In this document: one piece after another, positions 1 through 13,796 of the stretch
Layout of the letters: the number at the start of each line of letters is the position of its first letter
How positions within the stretch are numbered: the first letter of the stretch is position 1
Source: Octopus vulgaris
Lineage: Eukaryota
Direction: 5' to 3'
Length of the DNA: 64,000 nucleotides
NCBI GenBank assembly: GCA_951406725.2
Contig: OX597816.1
Location: forward strand, 91,078,001 to 91,142,000
Notes under the pieces: model-generated
What the model saw: the letters and a program-made list of their open reading frames with translations, nothing else
What the model was told of the DNA's origin: nothing
The model's database searches: none
Made by a program: the position numbers and the translations under genes

Positions 1-108
1 ATGCTTTCCAGGTCGATAAGGTTTATACTAGCTGAGCACTGGAGTCGATGTAATTGACTAACCTCCTCCACTTACATTTCAGTCCTTGTGCCTTTAGTAG
101 AAAGAATA
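1..108 (+). mobile_element. SINE family A, 3' part (truncated by window edge)
   Basis: Matches the 3' half of other family A copies (ggtcgataa...cactggagtcgatgtaattgact...ccttgtgcctttagtagaaag). Confidence 0.75.
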
Positions 109-142
109 TATATATATATATGTATTTTATCGACCTGGAAAG

Positions 143-2342
143 ATTCGTGGAAAGGTTCAGATCACGATTAAGGAAGACCCTATTCTTGAGACGTCCAAAA
201 GCGGAGGAGGCAAGGTGAATTTCTTGGTGTTCTTTAGCTGGTTGTCTTGGATCGAAAGAGTTACAGGGGGTCAACAATTTTTGGAGCATTGAAGGATTTC
301 TGTTTTCTTGGTGTTGACTTGGAGCTCGGCCCGACGATAGGCGTTGAAAACAACGTCTAGATTTTGCTGAAGGCTGGCTGGTTCGTGGGCGAGAGCTTCG
401 CAGTCATCGGCATACTGTACTTCGAAGAGAGTAGTGGACTGAGTGTTTGATAGTGATTTTAGTTGAAGAGACTGCCATCGTGGTGATATCAAAGTGGGAT
501 ACCATCTTCAGGGTTGAGGTCGTAGCGAGATAGTAAGATCACAGCCTCAAGGAACACACTGAAGAGGACAGGGGCCAGGATACAGCCTTGTTTAATACCG
601 ACTTGAACGTTGAAGTAGTCAGACTGATCACCACCCAATGTCACAGTGCTTGTATGCCGTCATAGAATTTCCGTAGCATGGCAAGAAACTTAGGAGGGCA
701 TCCATACCTCTGCATAGTAGTGGGCGGTTAATAGTACCAAAAGCCTTAGGTCAATAAAGGCATACGAGGCATCACACTGCTGTTCTCGGCACTTCTCTAA
801 CAGGAGGCGGGAGACGAAGACTGTTGATAGCGCTACTGTTAGCTCTAAAACCGCATTGAGATTCTGGGAGGATTCCTTCAACGAAGTGGCCAAGAAGTCG
901 AGAGAACAGGACGCACGCGTGCCAGGACCTTTCCTGCAACATTCAGGAGTGAAATACCTCTGCTGTTGTTGCTGTCTGACCGGTCTCTCTTCTTCATGAA
1001 GATGGTAATTATGTCTTCATGTTTCCAGCTTTGAGGGATCAAGACACTTTTTCAACAGTAGAGAATAATCTGTTGAAGACGCTGGACAAGAGCAGGGCTA
1101 CCATATTTATAGATCTCCCCCAACATACCATCTGATCCAGGTGATTTCCTGTTTTTTTTAAGTAGGAGAGAGCTGTACGGATTTCCACGAGGGAGGGTTC
1201 TGTATCCAGCTCAGGGAGAGGAGGGAGATGAGGGAGCTCATCAATCAGTGTGGGATTTACCTTGTTCAACAAGGAGTTGAAGTGTTCTGCCCATCTGTCA
1301 CGGATTTGGGTCTTTTCCTTGTAGATAGTGTTGCCGTCTGAAGATCGTATCGGATTGATATAATTGGAGGACGGACAGTACATGGATTTGGTTGCAGTGT
1401 AGAACTTGTGGATCTTATTTTCATCCGCAAAGTATTGAATTTCTGCAGCTTTGTTCTTCCACCCAGTGTTCTGAATCTGCCTAAGTCTGCTCTGGTATTC
1501 TGAGCGAAGATCTTTCCAGTTCTGGAGGTGTGCGTTGGACCTGCTCTAGAGGTAGGCATCACGATCCCGGTTTTAACTTCTGAGAAGAGGGAGGATCTCA
1601 TCAGCAGATTCATCAAACCAGTTAGGATTGCGACATCTAGTGCGTCCTAGTTGTTCGGTTGCGACCGAGGAGATCAGGGAGATATGTTTATCCCAAATAT
1701 CATCCAGCTCCTCTTGGTTTACCGAGGTAGGATCGGGGAGTGGGAGAGTATCCAGTTTGATGGCAAGCCGATCTTGAAAGAGGCCACGATTCTCAGGATC
1801 ATACAGTTTCGTGGTGTTCAGTCGTTTTGATGCTGTCGACTTTAGGCTGGGTGTCGAATGTTGATTCTAAGCTTGGAGCGGATAAGGTTGTAGTCCGTCC
1901 AGCAATCTGCTCCACGCATTACGCGAGTATCTAAGACATCGCCCATGTCTTGACAACGGACAATGATAATTTCTAGGAGATGCCACTTTTTCGAACGCGG
2001 GTGCATCCATGACATCCTGTAAATGTTCCGCTGTTGAAAGAGGGTGTTAGTGATACATAGGTCATACTCGGAGCAGAAGATGAGAGGTCTCTATCTATTA
2101 GCGTTCATTTTCCCTGTGCCGTAAGGACAGAGGATCCCTTGCCAGGCGGTTTGTCACCCAACACGAGAGTTGAAGTCACCCATGAGTACGATCTTGTCCG
2201 ATCGGGAGATGTTTCGAAACGCAGTATGCAGAGAATCATAGAAGGTGTTCTTTATCTCTTTATCAGAGTCAAGAGTTGGTCCACAAACGCTGAGAATTGT
2301 CAGAAAACGTTTGTTCGAAAGTGATTTTACACGTACTTGTAC
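143..2342 (-). mobile_element. Decayed RTE-clade (BovB-like) LINE: partial AP endonuclease and reverse transcriptase, truncated at both ends
   Basis: Minus-strand frames give FYDSL...DKIVLMGDFNSRVG and a WMHPRSK-type motif (APE), RWAEHFNSLLN, AFIDL, QGCILAP and QYADD (RT), and ASSAFGRLKNRVF. Multiple stops and frameshifts; more GC-rich than the flanks. Confidence 0.93.
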
Positions 2343-4355
2343 TCTTAATGCACAAGCTTGAACCAGCAAAATAGAGTTGATACAATCCATCTGGATTTTT
2401 TCATTGAGTTTCTGTCCACCCAATTTCACTTAACATGCGAATCGAGGTTGATATAAAGAACACACCACTAGGTATCGCACAGTGGATAGAGAGATAAATA
2501 GATCGATCGATAGATAGAGCGATAGATAGATTAAGAGATAGATAGATATAGCTATACGTGTGCATAAAAATGTATGTATATAAATCTTGGGATTTAAACT
2601 CTTCAAAGCATTCGTTTCTCTCTCTGCGTTGTTTAGATATATACATATTAGAATTTGAGCCGATACCAGTTGTTTAAAACTGTTTAAATTCTATTTTATG
2701 ATAGAAGTTAAATGCAAACATTGATTAAATTTTGAATATTACATAAACATGGACAATTTTAGATCAGAGATAAAAAGAAGTAATTTATATTCATCTTTCA
2801 GCCGTTAATATTTCTAAGCTACGATTCTGTAGATATAATTCGAAAGTTTAAGAAGTTAAAACTAAGAATAAGTTTACAGTGCATGTTAGTGGATGGCTTA
2901 AGAACTGCGACAGATTATAAGTTCAGTTAAGGCAATAGAAATTTATAAATGATGCGAAATAGGAAACGACTTTTTAGATGCAAGAATATTAACTTTGTTT
3001 AGTCTACTATGGTTTAGATAAAATAAAACAAATTAGGATACAGTACCACAACAGTTAATAAAGTAGAAACTGGAAAGAAAACCATTAAATGTGTTTGGCC
3101 TACATTACTTTGGCTGAGGAAGACCAAACTGTTGTAAAGTATAAAGTCTTCGTTAAACAAGTGGATATTAAGAAAGTAGTTGAAGTAATAAAAAGTTAAT
3201 GAAATGGGTATGAAATCTTTAGAAATTAGATAGATCTTATGAAAATCATTAACTTATATTAAGAATTATTAGCATTATTATTAGTTTCAATTTTTATTGT
3301 TATTGACGCTGCCTCTCAGCAAATTTATTGAAAAATAGATGAGAGTGCAAGCATGGTCCAAATAAACACGCCTGCTCTAAGCAAGCGCATGTAGATTGGA
3401 GAGGGACAGCAAGGAGAGGACACATACCTTAGTGACAGAATAATCTGTGGTTTCTGTAGGGGTTCCACAAGTAGCTCTCGGAGGTGACCCTAGTTTTGGA
3501 GAAATATTCTTGCTTTCAATTTTTCTTTTTTTTATTTCTCAGGTTTATACGTTTTTTATATTTAATATCATACTATGTCATGTATCATCCTTGCTCTTTT
3601 TGTCAACCCCTTTTGACAATAGTCATTACAATTGTAGCAGCAGCAGTAGTGGTAGTGATAGTGGTATTAGTATTAGTATTAATATTAGTAGTAGTTTGGT
3701 TCAGGGAAGATTTTGTGCCCATAAGCCTTCGTTGAGTCTTAGTCTCCGTTAGTCTCGGAGTGAAATTGAGAAGACAAAATCTGTCAGGAAGCTTATCAGA
3801 TGGACTGTGTGAGTAATTGAGATGACCAACCTTGTCACAAGGTGTCACACCGATTCCCCTTCAGAATAACCATAAGAGGATACGTGAGAATACTCAACCA
3901 ATTTACGATAATTGCAAAAAGAAAAACGCTCATGCGCCGAAATCGACTGAGAGATGCCAGACACACACACACTCTCTCTCTCACACAGAACCACACACAC
4001 ACACACAGAACCACACACACACACAGAACCACACACACACACACACACACACAAATACATAGATAAATAGGCATGTATAGGTTGGTAAGTACGTCCAAAC
4101 GTACGTAGGTAAGAATGTAAATATAACTTAGTCGATTGAAACCAACACTGACGACATTTACCAGTTTTCTTGAGATACTTAACAGTTTTAAATCTTATCA
4201 TTGTTGTAGTCCAGAGAGAAACACAATGAGAGATTGAAAGAATGTTTACTCGTTCTGACCTGTCCTTAGCTTTTATTTCGCCATCTTAAAGACAAGCGCA
4301 AGAGGCTGTGGCTTTGGTTGCAGTCCCACTCCGCATGTGCGCGGTTATGTTCCTA

Positions 4356-4406
4356 CTGATGAGTGGAGAACATGGTAATACATGATGACCACGAAATCTT
4401 TGATGG
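4356..4406 (+). ncRNA. Hammerhead-ribozyme-like core (probably degenerate)
   Basis: CTGATGA (4356-4362), stem II GTGG/CCAC enclosing a CATG/CATG hairpin, then GAAA (4393-4396). Stems I and III are not cleanly resolved. Confidence 0.5.
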
Positions 4407-4555
4407 TATACAACTAAACCTTTTTTTTATTGAAGGAATTTCTACTAGTTCATTCCCTCGAATTCGGCGCATGTGTATACTTATTGAAGTAGTTTGACTT
4501 TAGAGACCCATTAAAGCGTATGCTTTTACTGATAGTAATAGCCTTTGATATTATA

Positions 4556-4610
<55 letters not shown>

Positions 4611-4612
<2 letters not shown>

Positions 4613-5020
4613 GTTAATCCAAACAAGAAAACACAAAAAAACACAGCAACGCGAAGACGTGGAACAAATAAAGTATTATTGGACGCTCAGGAAAGAAGGG
4701 AAGAAGGAGGGTTTAACGTTTCGAGCGGAGCTCTTCGTCGGAAACAAAGGAGAAGGAAAGATCCCGAGAAGGGAAGACAGAGGAAAAAAATTGCTGGCGG
4801 TGCTCACGAGGTCATATATATATAGTTAATCCAAACATGAACAAAGAGAAAACACAAGAACGCGAGGACTTGGAACAAATATAGTGTTATTGGACGCTCA
4901 GGAAAGGAAAGAAAGAAGGAGGTTTTAACGTTTCGAGCGGAGCTCTTCGTCAGAAATATAGAAAAAGGAAAAGTCCTAGGAAGGGAAGACGGAGAAGGGG
5001 AATCGCCAACGATACACACG
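4611..5020 (-). mobile_element. Two ~210-bp direct repeats, each with a minimal hammerhead motif, next to (TA)n (Penelope-LTR-like or retrozyme-like)
   Basis: Both units start tagttaatccaaaca (4611, ~4823). Minus strand reads C(C/T)GACGA-A-GAGC-TCC-GCTC-GAAA-CG-TT at 4711-4745 and 4922-4957. Confidence 0.7.
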
Positions 5021-5387
5021 ATAGAATAAATACTAGGGGTAATGTTTTTGAGTATGCTAATAAAATCTCCTATGCTATATATTCCGGTTGCCACTCATTT
5101 TCTAGAGTAAATTTATGGGAAAGTTATTAGTCTGGTGCCGCTATAGTGCAGGATGGATACAGTAATAACAAGAACTTTGGATGGAAATTCGTAAAACTTT
5201 TAATGCATTGCTACGTACGTTTCTAAAAACTCCATGCTTTAGTTGTATTCCCCATCCATAGAATATTACAAATATGATTTGCAAAAGCAATGAATTTTGT
5301 ATCTATCACAGCAACAAAAGTATGGTGTTTCAGGAAACGTACAAAACAATGCATTCAAAATATTCCTATCTGAAGTTCTTTATCTTA

Positions 5388-5389
<2 letters not shown>

Positions 5390-5457
<68 letters not shown>

Positions 5458-5763
5458 ACACATGTATGTGTATCAATTTATTTATCACATATATGTCTGC
5501 ATGTGTGTACGCATACGTACATATATATGATACAAAAACACTTACACACACATACACAAAATACATATATGTGTGTGTCTGTGCTTGTCTTCCACTGCTT
5601 GCAAACCGGTGCTAGTTTGTTTGTATTCTCGTAACAGCACGGTTCGGGAAACGAAGTCGATAGAATAAGTATCACTAGACTTAAGAAATAAATACTGGAT
5701 CGATATGATCGATCAAAACAGTGTAAGCAATAGGTTGGCGTGGTTACAGTCTAAAGATGAAAC

Positions 5764-5810
<47 letters not shown>

Positions 5811-5881
5811 TGTCTGTTTGTCTCCCCCTCTCTCTTTATATATATATGTGTATATGTATATGTATATATATATATATGTAT

Positions 5882-5917
<36 letters not shown>

Positions 5918-5992
5918 ACGTATATATATATATATAAATATATGTATATGTATATATATATATATGTATATGTATATATATATATATGTAAC

Positions 5993-6030
<38 letters not shown>

Positions 6031-6040
6031 ACATATGCAA

Positions 6041-6116
<76 letters not shown>

Positions 6117-6125
6117 GTAACATAT

Positions 6126-6159
<34 letters not shown>

Positions 6160-6450
6160 ACATATATTTTCTATATATATGTATGGCTATATGAACATAT
6201 ATTGGCATGTATAAACGTATATATATATATATATATATATATATCTGTATATTTATGTATGTGTGTCTGTATGTTTATGTGTATATACAAATATATTAAT
6301 GCACATCCATATACAAACAGACACACTCATACCGACGCATAGACATACATATATGCACACATACATACATACATACATACATACATACATACATACATAC
6401 ATACATACATACATACATACATACATACATACATACATACATGCATGTAA
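5390..6450. repeat. Compound microsatellite block (CA)n, (CT)n, (TA)n, (CATA)n, with a degenerate SINE B 3' fragment at ~5600-5765
   Basis: Read directly from the sequence; the ORFs here are HT/YI/YVCM read-throughs. Confidence 0.95.
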
Positions 6451-6614
6451 GTAGTTCCCAATCTTTTTGAATTTGTGACGCGCTGGCGATCAAATACACA
6501 ATTAATGATGCACTGGAGATCAAACAAGGAAAACTTACTGGCACACCCTGTAAAGAAAGTTTTTAGAAAAACCTACCAAAAATATGTTTTAATGTTAAAA
6601 CTCCAGGACAAAAC

Positions 6615-8200
6615 CAGAAATTGGAAATAAAGTCTTGTCGCATATTTTATATGATCACTTTGAGAATTCTTTTTCAATGCTTACGGTAAAATAAGCATAA
6701 ATTCAAATGTTTTTCTTCCTTTCTTTACAGATTACATTATACCATAATGGTTAAATTTTCATCTGTTTTACCCTTTTAAAATTAATTTAGATCAGACCCA
6801 TATCAGAAACTGCATGTTGTATAAATTCAAAAGAGGTTCATTAGCAAAAGGAATCGGCAAGTAATATTCGTCCTGTCTATGGAAATGAAACTTTAAGCGT
6901 CTGGACATGCGAACTATGGTTTGGCTAATTTCATTCGGAAAATTTTTATCTCGCAGACTCCCGTCGATCTGGAAGACCAAGTTCTGTCAATATTAAACTT
7001 CTGAAAACCGTAATTGAGGGAAATCCAAAGGAAACTGTACGAGAATTAGTTAAGCAGTTCAATTCAAATTACATTTCAATCATAACAACACCATGAACTA
7101 GAAAATATGTCTAAACTTGGTCAGTAAGCCCCTCCTCCTCTTGAACAAAGATCTGATCTCTGCTTGGCATTGAAGAGTATACTTGCTACCGTGCCTTTCA
7201 CCACTTGTGATTCCATCACAAGGGATGAAAAATGTCTTCTCTATAATCATATCCAATGAAAACGACAGTGAAGAAGGCGAACCAATGCCCAAACCAGGAC
7301 TACTTCCGAAAAAGTTATGCTCTGTGTTTGGTGAGATATGAAGCGTCTTGTTTATCATCTCTCTCTATATAAACGGCAGTTTGTCTGTCTGCGTGTCTGT
7401 GTGTCTGTTAGGTTGTACCCTCACCCTGACCACGGCCTTCAACCGATTCTGATGAAACTTGACACACACATAGCCCAATGTCATAATTCAAAACTTACGC
7501 AGCGAAAATTTTAAAAAGTTCCCCCAGTTCTGAAAAAAAATCGATAAATTCGACATGGGATCGAGAATCAGAAACACAAACCACAGACTGTCTAGGGGAT
7601 GCAACTCGACCTTTTTAACTCTCAAAAAAAATTTACCATCATTTTTTTCCCATTTTTTCCCTATTTTTTGGCTATAACTCTCTAAATATGCTTTATAGTT
7701 ATTTCCCTTACAAACCCAAGCAACGCCGGGCGATACTGCTAGTTAAATGTTAAACGAAAACGATAGAATTAACGGGAAGAAGTATTTTCTTTAACGGAAA
7801 GCATTGTACAAAAATTTGCAGAAAACGTGCCCATCGTTGGTCAATCGTAATGGAGTGTTGTACGATAACGCAAAACTACATATTGCCCAAGATCTTCATG
7901 GAAAGCATTATGGCACTAAGCAAGGACGCTTTATCTCATTCTCCTTGTTCTCCTTGCTGTATATGACAATCCTCTTTTACGATAACTGCAACTTTATTGA
8001 GAGGGAAACAGTTTATTAATTATAAAATGTTTTAAAATGATATCGAGTGTTGCTTCGAAACTTGAAGCATTCTATGTCCAAGTGATCAACAGTTTGTCAA
8101 ATAGATGGGACTATGTTATCAATAATGAGGGGAAATATCCTGATCAAATATATTAATTCAGACCAAACAAAAGCGACAGCGCTTTCTTTCCAACCTAATA
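6615..8200 (+). mobile_element. Decayed mariner transposon interrupted by a Helitron
   Basis: Frames give VYGNETLS, DSRRSGRP, ITRDEKCLLYN, KKVMLCVW*D, YDNAKLH (HDNARPH), a decayed HPPYSP motif and RWDYVINNEGKY. Imperfect TIRs: ttggaaataaagtcttgtcgc (~6621) and gcgacagcgctttctttccaacctaata (to 8200). Confidence 0.88.
7358..7742 (+). mobile_element. Non-autonomous Helitron
   Basis: Starts TC after an A, ends CTAG before a T, has a subterminal GC-rich hairpin (cccaagcaacgccggg) and no TSD. It splits the mariner reading frame. Confidence 0.85.
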
Positions 8201-8564
8201 TTTAACATACCTTATTACTTTTATGTGTATATAGCAAAGTTATGAATAACGTTTCCAAAGATGATGCGGCATTGGTACGGATTTTCAAAAGCCGAAACTT
8301 ACTTTTCAATATCCGCGTTACACCTTACATAACCCGTTGATTTTCACCGTTTGAGAACCACACACACACACGCACATACACGTTCGGTTGTATCAGGTGA
8401 TATAATTCCGCAACCCTCTTTCGGACATATATAAGAATATATAAGATAAAAATAAAAACAAAACATATTTCCAGCTTTCTGTTGTATAAATAATCTCATC
8501 CAGCGAAAAACTCAAAAACTCTGATTTGCAACAGGGTAAATCAACATCTTTGAATGCATATAAA

Positions 8565-8566
8565 TA

Positions 8567-8615
<49 letters not shown>

Positions 8616-8795
8616 GTGTGTGCGTGTGTGTGCGTGTGTGTGTGCTTATGTAAATCTGTGTGTGTTGGGTTATTTTTGGGTATATCTATCTGTCTCTTTC
8701 TATCTATCTATCTTCCTATATATCTGTCTATATGTATGTATATGCTTATATATATACATACACACATACAAACATACACACACACATATATATAC

Positions 8796-8845
<50 letters not shown>

Positions 8846-8975
8846 ACACACACAGATACACACGCATACACACACACATATATATACACATATATATACA
8901 TGTATATACATGAATGTATATATATATTATATATATATAATATATATTGTATGATGTCATATATATAATATATGA
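8565..8975. repeat. Compound (TG)n/(TA)n/(CA)n microsatellite block
   Basis: Read directly from the sequence. Confidence 0.95.
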
Positions 8976-9005
8976 CATATTACCCTCAAGTATACTCGTT
9001 TACGC

Positions 9006-9400
9006 TTTTACTTGTTTCAGTCATTTGACAGTGGCCATGCTGGAGCATCACTTTTAGTAGAGCAAATCGTCCCCAGGACTTATTCTTTGTAAACCTAGTA
9101 CTTATTCTATCGGTCTCTTTTGCTGAACCGCTATGTTACGGGGACGTAAACACACCAGCATCGGTTGTCAAGCGATGTTGGGGGGGGGCAAACACAGACG
9201 CACAAACACACACACACACACACACATACACACACACATATATGCACATATATATACATACATATATACGACGGGCTTTTTCAGTTTCCGCCTACCAAAT
9301 CCACTCACAAGGCTTTGGTCGGCCCGAGGCTGTAGTAGAAGACACTTGCCCAAGGTGCCATGCAGTGGGAGTGAACCCGGAACCATGTGGTTGGTAAGCA
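9006..9400 (-). mobile_element. SINE family B (tRNA-derived, CORE-like motif, internal microsatellite)
   Basis: Reverse complement of the copy at 17171-17633; contains the accttgggcaagtgtctt motif. Confidence 0.9.
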
Positions 9401-9525
9401 CCTATGTAAAGGACCAGAAGAATGAACATTTAATTTTTCTATGAAATTAATTTTCAATCTTTTGAATTTATAATCTTTTACAAGTGGCGAATTTCAGTTC
9501 ATTTAGATTATTATTGCTAATACCT

Positions 9526-9750
9526 AAGTTTGCGAGCTATCCCGATCGTTACCGCGCCGGACAAAATGCTTAGCGTTATTTCTTCCGTTTTCATGTTCTG
9601 AGTTCATATTCCACCGAGGTCGATTTTGCCTCTCATTTTTTTCTGGGTCGACGAAATAAGTACCAGGTTAGCGCTAGGGTCTATGTCATTGACTAATTCC
9701 CTCATTCACTCCCACGAAATTTCTGGCCCTGTGCCAAAATTTGAAACTAG
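9526..9750 (+). mobile_element. SINE family A, diverged copy
   Basis: B-box-like gagttcatattcc followed by the gaggtcgattttgcc...aataagtaccag module. Confidence 0.8.
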
Positions 9751-9834
9751 TACTACTAACACTATTACGGAGGTGGGTTGGTACTCAGTATGCACAAATT
9801 TGTATATATTTATATACGTGTATATATAGACATA

Positions 9835-9872
<38 letters not shown>

Positions 9873-11674
9873 TATATACATGCAAAAGTTATATATATAT
9901 ATATATATATATATGAATAAGTGTGTGTGTGTGTGTGTGTGTGTGCGTTTGTGCGCGCGCATGAGTGTGTAATGCGTATATGCATATACGTGAATGTAGG
10001 AGGAGCACACAGCAAGTTTGTACCAAAATATAAAAAGGAGAGGAAAAACAAAAACAATTATTTCGTATAAAGAATTCCAGTTTTAAAAGTAAATTTAGTT
10101 TTTTTTTCTTTTTGAATATTTGTCTCCGTCGTTTCATACTGCTCCGCCCATTTTCTTGCTCTTATGAAATGCAGATGCGAACATTCTTTGTCTATTCTTA
10201 CAACGACGTTTTCAAATGCCTCTTTAATTTCTACAATGCTTTCATTACAACGGCTTGTTACATTTCTGTTGAGCTGAGTAAAATAAATCAAAACAAAATG
10301 AAATTGGCACGGTACTGGGTTAGGGTTATATGATTGCTGTGAAAGAATTGGGGAAGTGATTTTGATGAATGCATTCGGTGCAGATACGATTGTTATGAGC
10401 TGGTGCATTGTTGTGATTAAACTAAATCCCGCTAAATTGTTTTTCTTATCTTTTCTGCTGAAGGCTGTTCTTTAAATTGTTAATTGCTGTAATATAGCCT
10501 TGACCAGTGATCGTGTTGCTTACAATAGGTTAATATGATTAATAACTGTAAGGATCGTATAGCACTCTTGCCACAAGCAAGGCAATGGTTTGCCAGAGTT
10601 GTTTAAATGCTGGGTAGAAAACTTCACAGTATTTGTTCCAAATATCCCCGCTACGAGTTTGAATCCTGCTGAGGTTAAAATTGTCTTTCATCCTTTTAGG
10701 ATCGATAAGCAGCAATTCGAAGCGGTGGGTTTGCAGAACTGTACGAAGAGTAGCCGGTATGTGTTGCGGTATTTGATCAAATGACTCTTTGCGTTCTGAG
10801 TTCAAATCCCACCATAACTTACTGAGTTGATCGCTCACCAAATTTAACATTAACAACACGTACCTTGAATACCTTAAGCGGATTCTACTCTACTGTCAAG
10901 CATTTTAGACGGTACCAGTTTGAGGATTACTTCCTTCTTACCACTAGTCTCAGCTGCTCTGAAAACTGCTACGACCACTGCCTTTCCATCAAACAAGAAG
11001 ATAAAGAAAATTTTAAAAATTCGTCCGAAATGATTTTGCTATTATTGGATTTATCCCGTTTCATGCTCCCTACAGTCGGACTTTCTGAAGGGCACGCTTA
11101 ACAAAAAATTACTTTGAATTATTTTAGTAGTGCAGCCCGTTTCATGATTAGCCATGTCTCAGGCAAACTTCTTCTCAGAAAAGGTTACCAATACCTACTT
11201 TATCTCGACATTCTATTGATTATTGTTTTTTGCTGAATCTTACAAATCAAAGGCACATTTTTGAATATTAATGTGAAAAATATTCCTAAGGTCGTTCTCC
11301 ATGTTAGTTTTCGTTCGGTTTCTTTGTATGTCTCCACTGTCCTGTTTTCGTTACCACCTTTGACTCTCCATAAAGCCCATATTTCACATTTGGCCTTCGA
11401 AGACTCATATTGTCGTTCAATGTTCGAAATGAGGAGTAGATGGACAGCCAAGAACTAATGAAGGATCGTTTTTTATGTTACTTGTCCTGTTTTCCATTAG
11501 TTTCTCTTGTTGTTTGCGTATTCAACTCATTTGTTTCGTATTTCATGTTGTTTACGGTTTGTGACGTCCTGTACCCATATATGCATATATATATATATAT
11601 ATATGTACACACACACACAGACACACATACACACACACACGCACATAAATATGTATATGCATGCACATATAAAA

Positions 11675-12750
11675 TCTTTATATATATAAAACTGACAATG
11701 TGTGTCTGTCTGTGTGTTTCCCTAAAACTTTGAACTTTTTGCCTAGGGCGAGCCCACAGCAATATCATATCTTCTCCACTACGACTCCCTAAAACTTGAG
11801 AACTACACAACCAATTTCATTCAAATTTTACACATGCCTTACTTAAGGTCCATGTAGTTTCATAGGCAAAAAATGTTCAACTTCTTGCCTAGATCGAGCC
11901 CATAGCAATATCATATCTTCTCCACTATTTCAGTATTACGTGTTAAAAGTGAAACAAAAACATTTCTCTAGTTTATGTCAGATACTTTCACTTTAACAAT
12001 AAAAATAATAATAACAATTGAATTATATGTAGTAAGTAATAATTAAAATCTAACTAAAGTATAATATAATCGTAACATAAAAGTAAAAATACCAATTGGT
12101 ATAAAATTGCATCAATGACTTGATGTGGTTTTACATGAATGGGAATCAATTAAAAATAAAATTAGCGTGCAGAAATGGAATAGTCCAGATGGATAATGAA
12201 AAATTAAATTAAAGAAAAGACTATTGTCTATAAAGTATACAATGTAGAGAAAAAAGAAGATTTGAACGCATGGAGGAAAGCACCTTCGAAAACTGTCTTG
12301 GTGCGACTATGAAAGATATCTAATCAGAGGCGGTAAATTCGCCACAATAGAAGCAAGGTTCGAGTCAACGGAGCGTGCAAGGGAGTCCTCGACTCGAACT
12401 TGCAAAGTGGAAATATTTTACTTTCACCTTTATATCTGGGACGTAGGACGTCCCGGAAAAAAATTTTAAATGCCCCCCCCCCCAGAAATAGATGTAGGCT
12501 GGATTGTAGCCACACTTCTATACAAGAGGGAGGACAAGATACAATTGATCGAAATTACAAGAGACGGGCTAACAATTCCAGTCTGTTATATATTTTGAGT
12601 ATTGTTATCACTAGCGATATCAAGATATAACTTTGTATTTTGTATTTTATGTGTAGATGTATATATATAGATCTAATATGTACACATATATATACACATA
12701 TATACATGCACTAGCACTATGACCCGGCAACGATGGGTCTTTAATGCTAG
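11675..12750 (+). mobile_element. Non-autonomous Helitron with an internal duplication and a nested MITE-like segment
   Basis: A|TC start, gaccc-N9-gggtc hairpin (12721-12739), CTAG|T end. A ~43-bp internal repeat at ~11739 and ~11884; inverted repeat gcaaggttcgagtc/gactcgaacttgc at ~12352-12403. Confidence 0.78.
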
Positions 12751-12828
<78 letters not shown>

Positions 12829-13629
12829 TAACGTGAGAAGAGCATGCAATAATTCTTGTTTGAAATTAAATCTCAAAGTACATATACTGATATAAATAAT
12901 AATAATATTTTTCAATCTAATAGTTACACGCTAATATTTATAGAGAAATATATACATATACACATGTACAAAAGTGTGTGCGTGTGTGTGTGTGTGGGGG
13001 GGGGTTCATTAAATTTGCGATTGTGTTCAAGTTTTATTCTTTAGATTTTTCGTACATTTTATTAAAGTTTTACAATTCGTTCGGAAAAATAAAGTGTCCT
13101 AAGTTCATATCCTTTTCCACCAAAGGTTTTTGATGTCAGCATTCAAGTATTGATTTTTTCTTCGTGTTCAAAGTTTTGCCCATTAGATTTTCGTGCCAGT
13201 AACCTCGTGCTAATTGTTTGAAGTATGTAATATTTGGGTGCTTATTTTGGCGTTTTACTGGCGTTTTACACGTGGCTATTGGCATGAAAAGTCAAGTTCG
13301 AAAATTGACCGCAATAAGCAAATCAACACGTGACTGTTAATATGAGAGCCTGATGCTCAGGAAACTTTTAGCATAAACGCCTACATGAATTCAACCAGTA
13401 TATATATTCAACCAGTATATATGGGAAACGCAGACGGCAAATATATACAAATCATGAAAATGAGACTATGAAGATCTGGAAACGTCGAATATGAATTTAG
13501 GAACCTTATTCTTTCAAACAGACTGTAAAAAAACAATAAGAAAGAATGAAAAATCTAAAATAAGGTAAACTTTGAATACAATTTATGAAATGTATAAAGG
13601 GAAAGATGTTCCTTGTGATTGCAAATATA

Positions 13630-13763
13630 TACGTGTGTATGTGTGTGAGTGTGTGTGTGTGTGTGTGTGTCTGTTTGTATGTCCACGTATGTGTGTGCGT
13701 GCGCGCGTGTGGGCATACATTGATGAATACATTTACATACATATATATATATATGTATATATG

Positions 13764-13796
<33 letters not shown>

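Noticed and set aside
7449-7465. CTGATGAAAC hammerhead-like word
   Set aside because: No stem II; it is part of the Helitron internal sequence.
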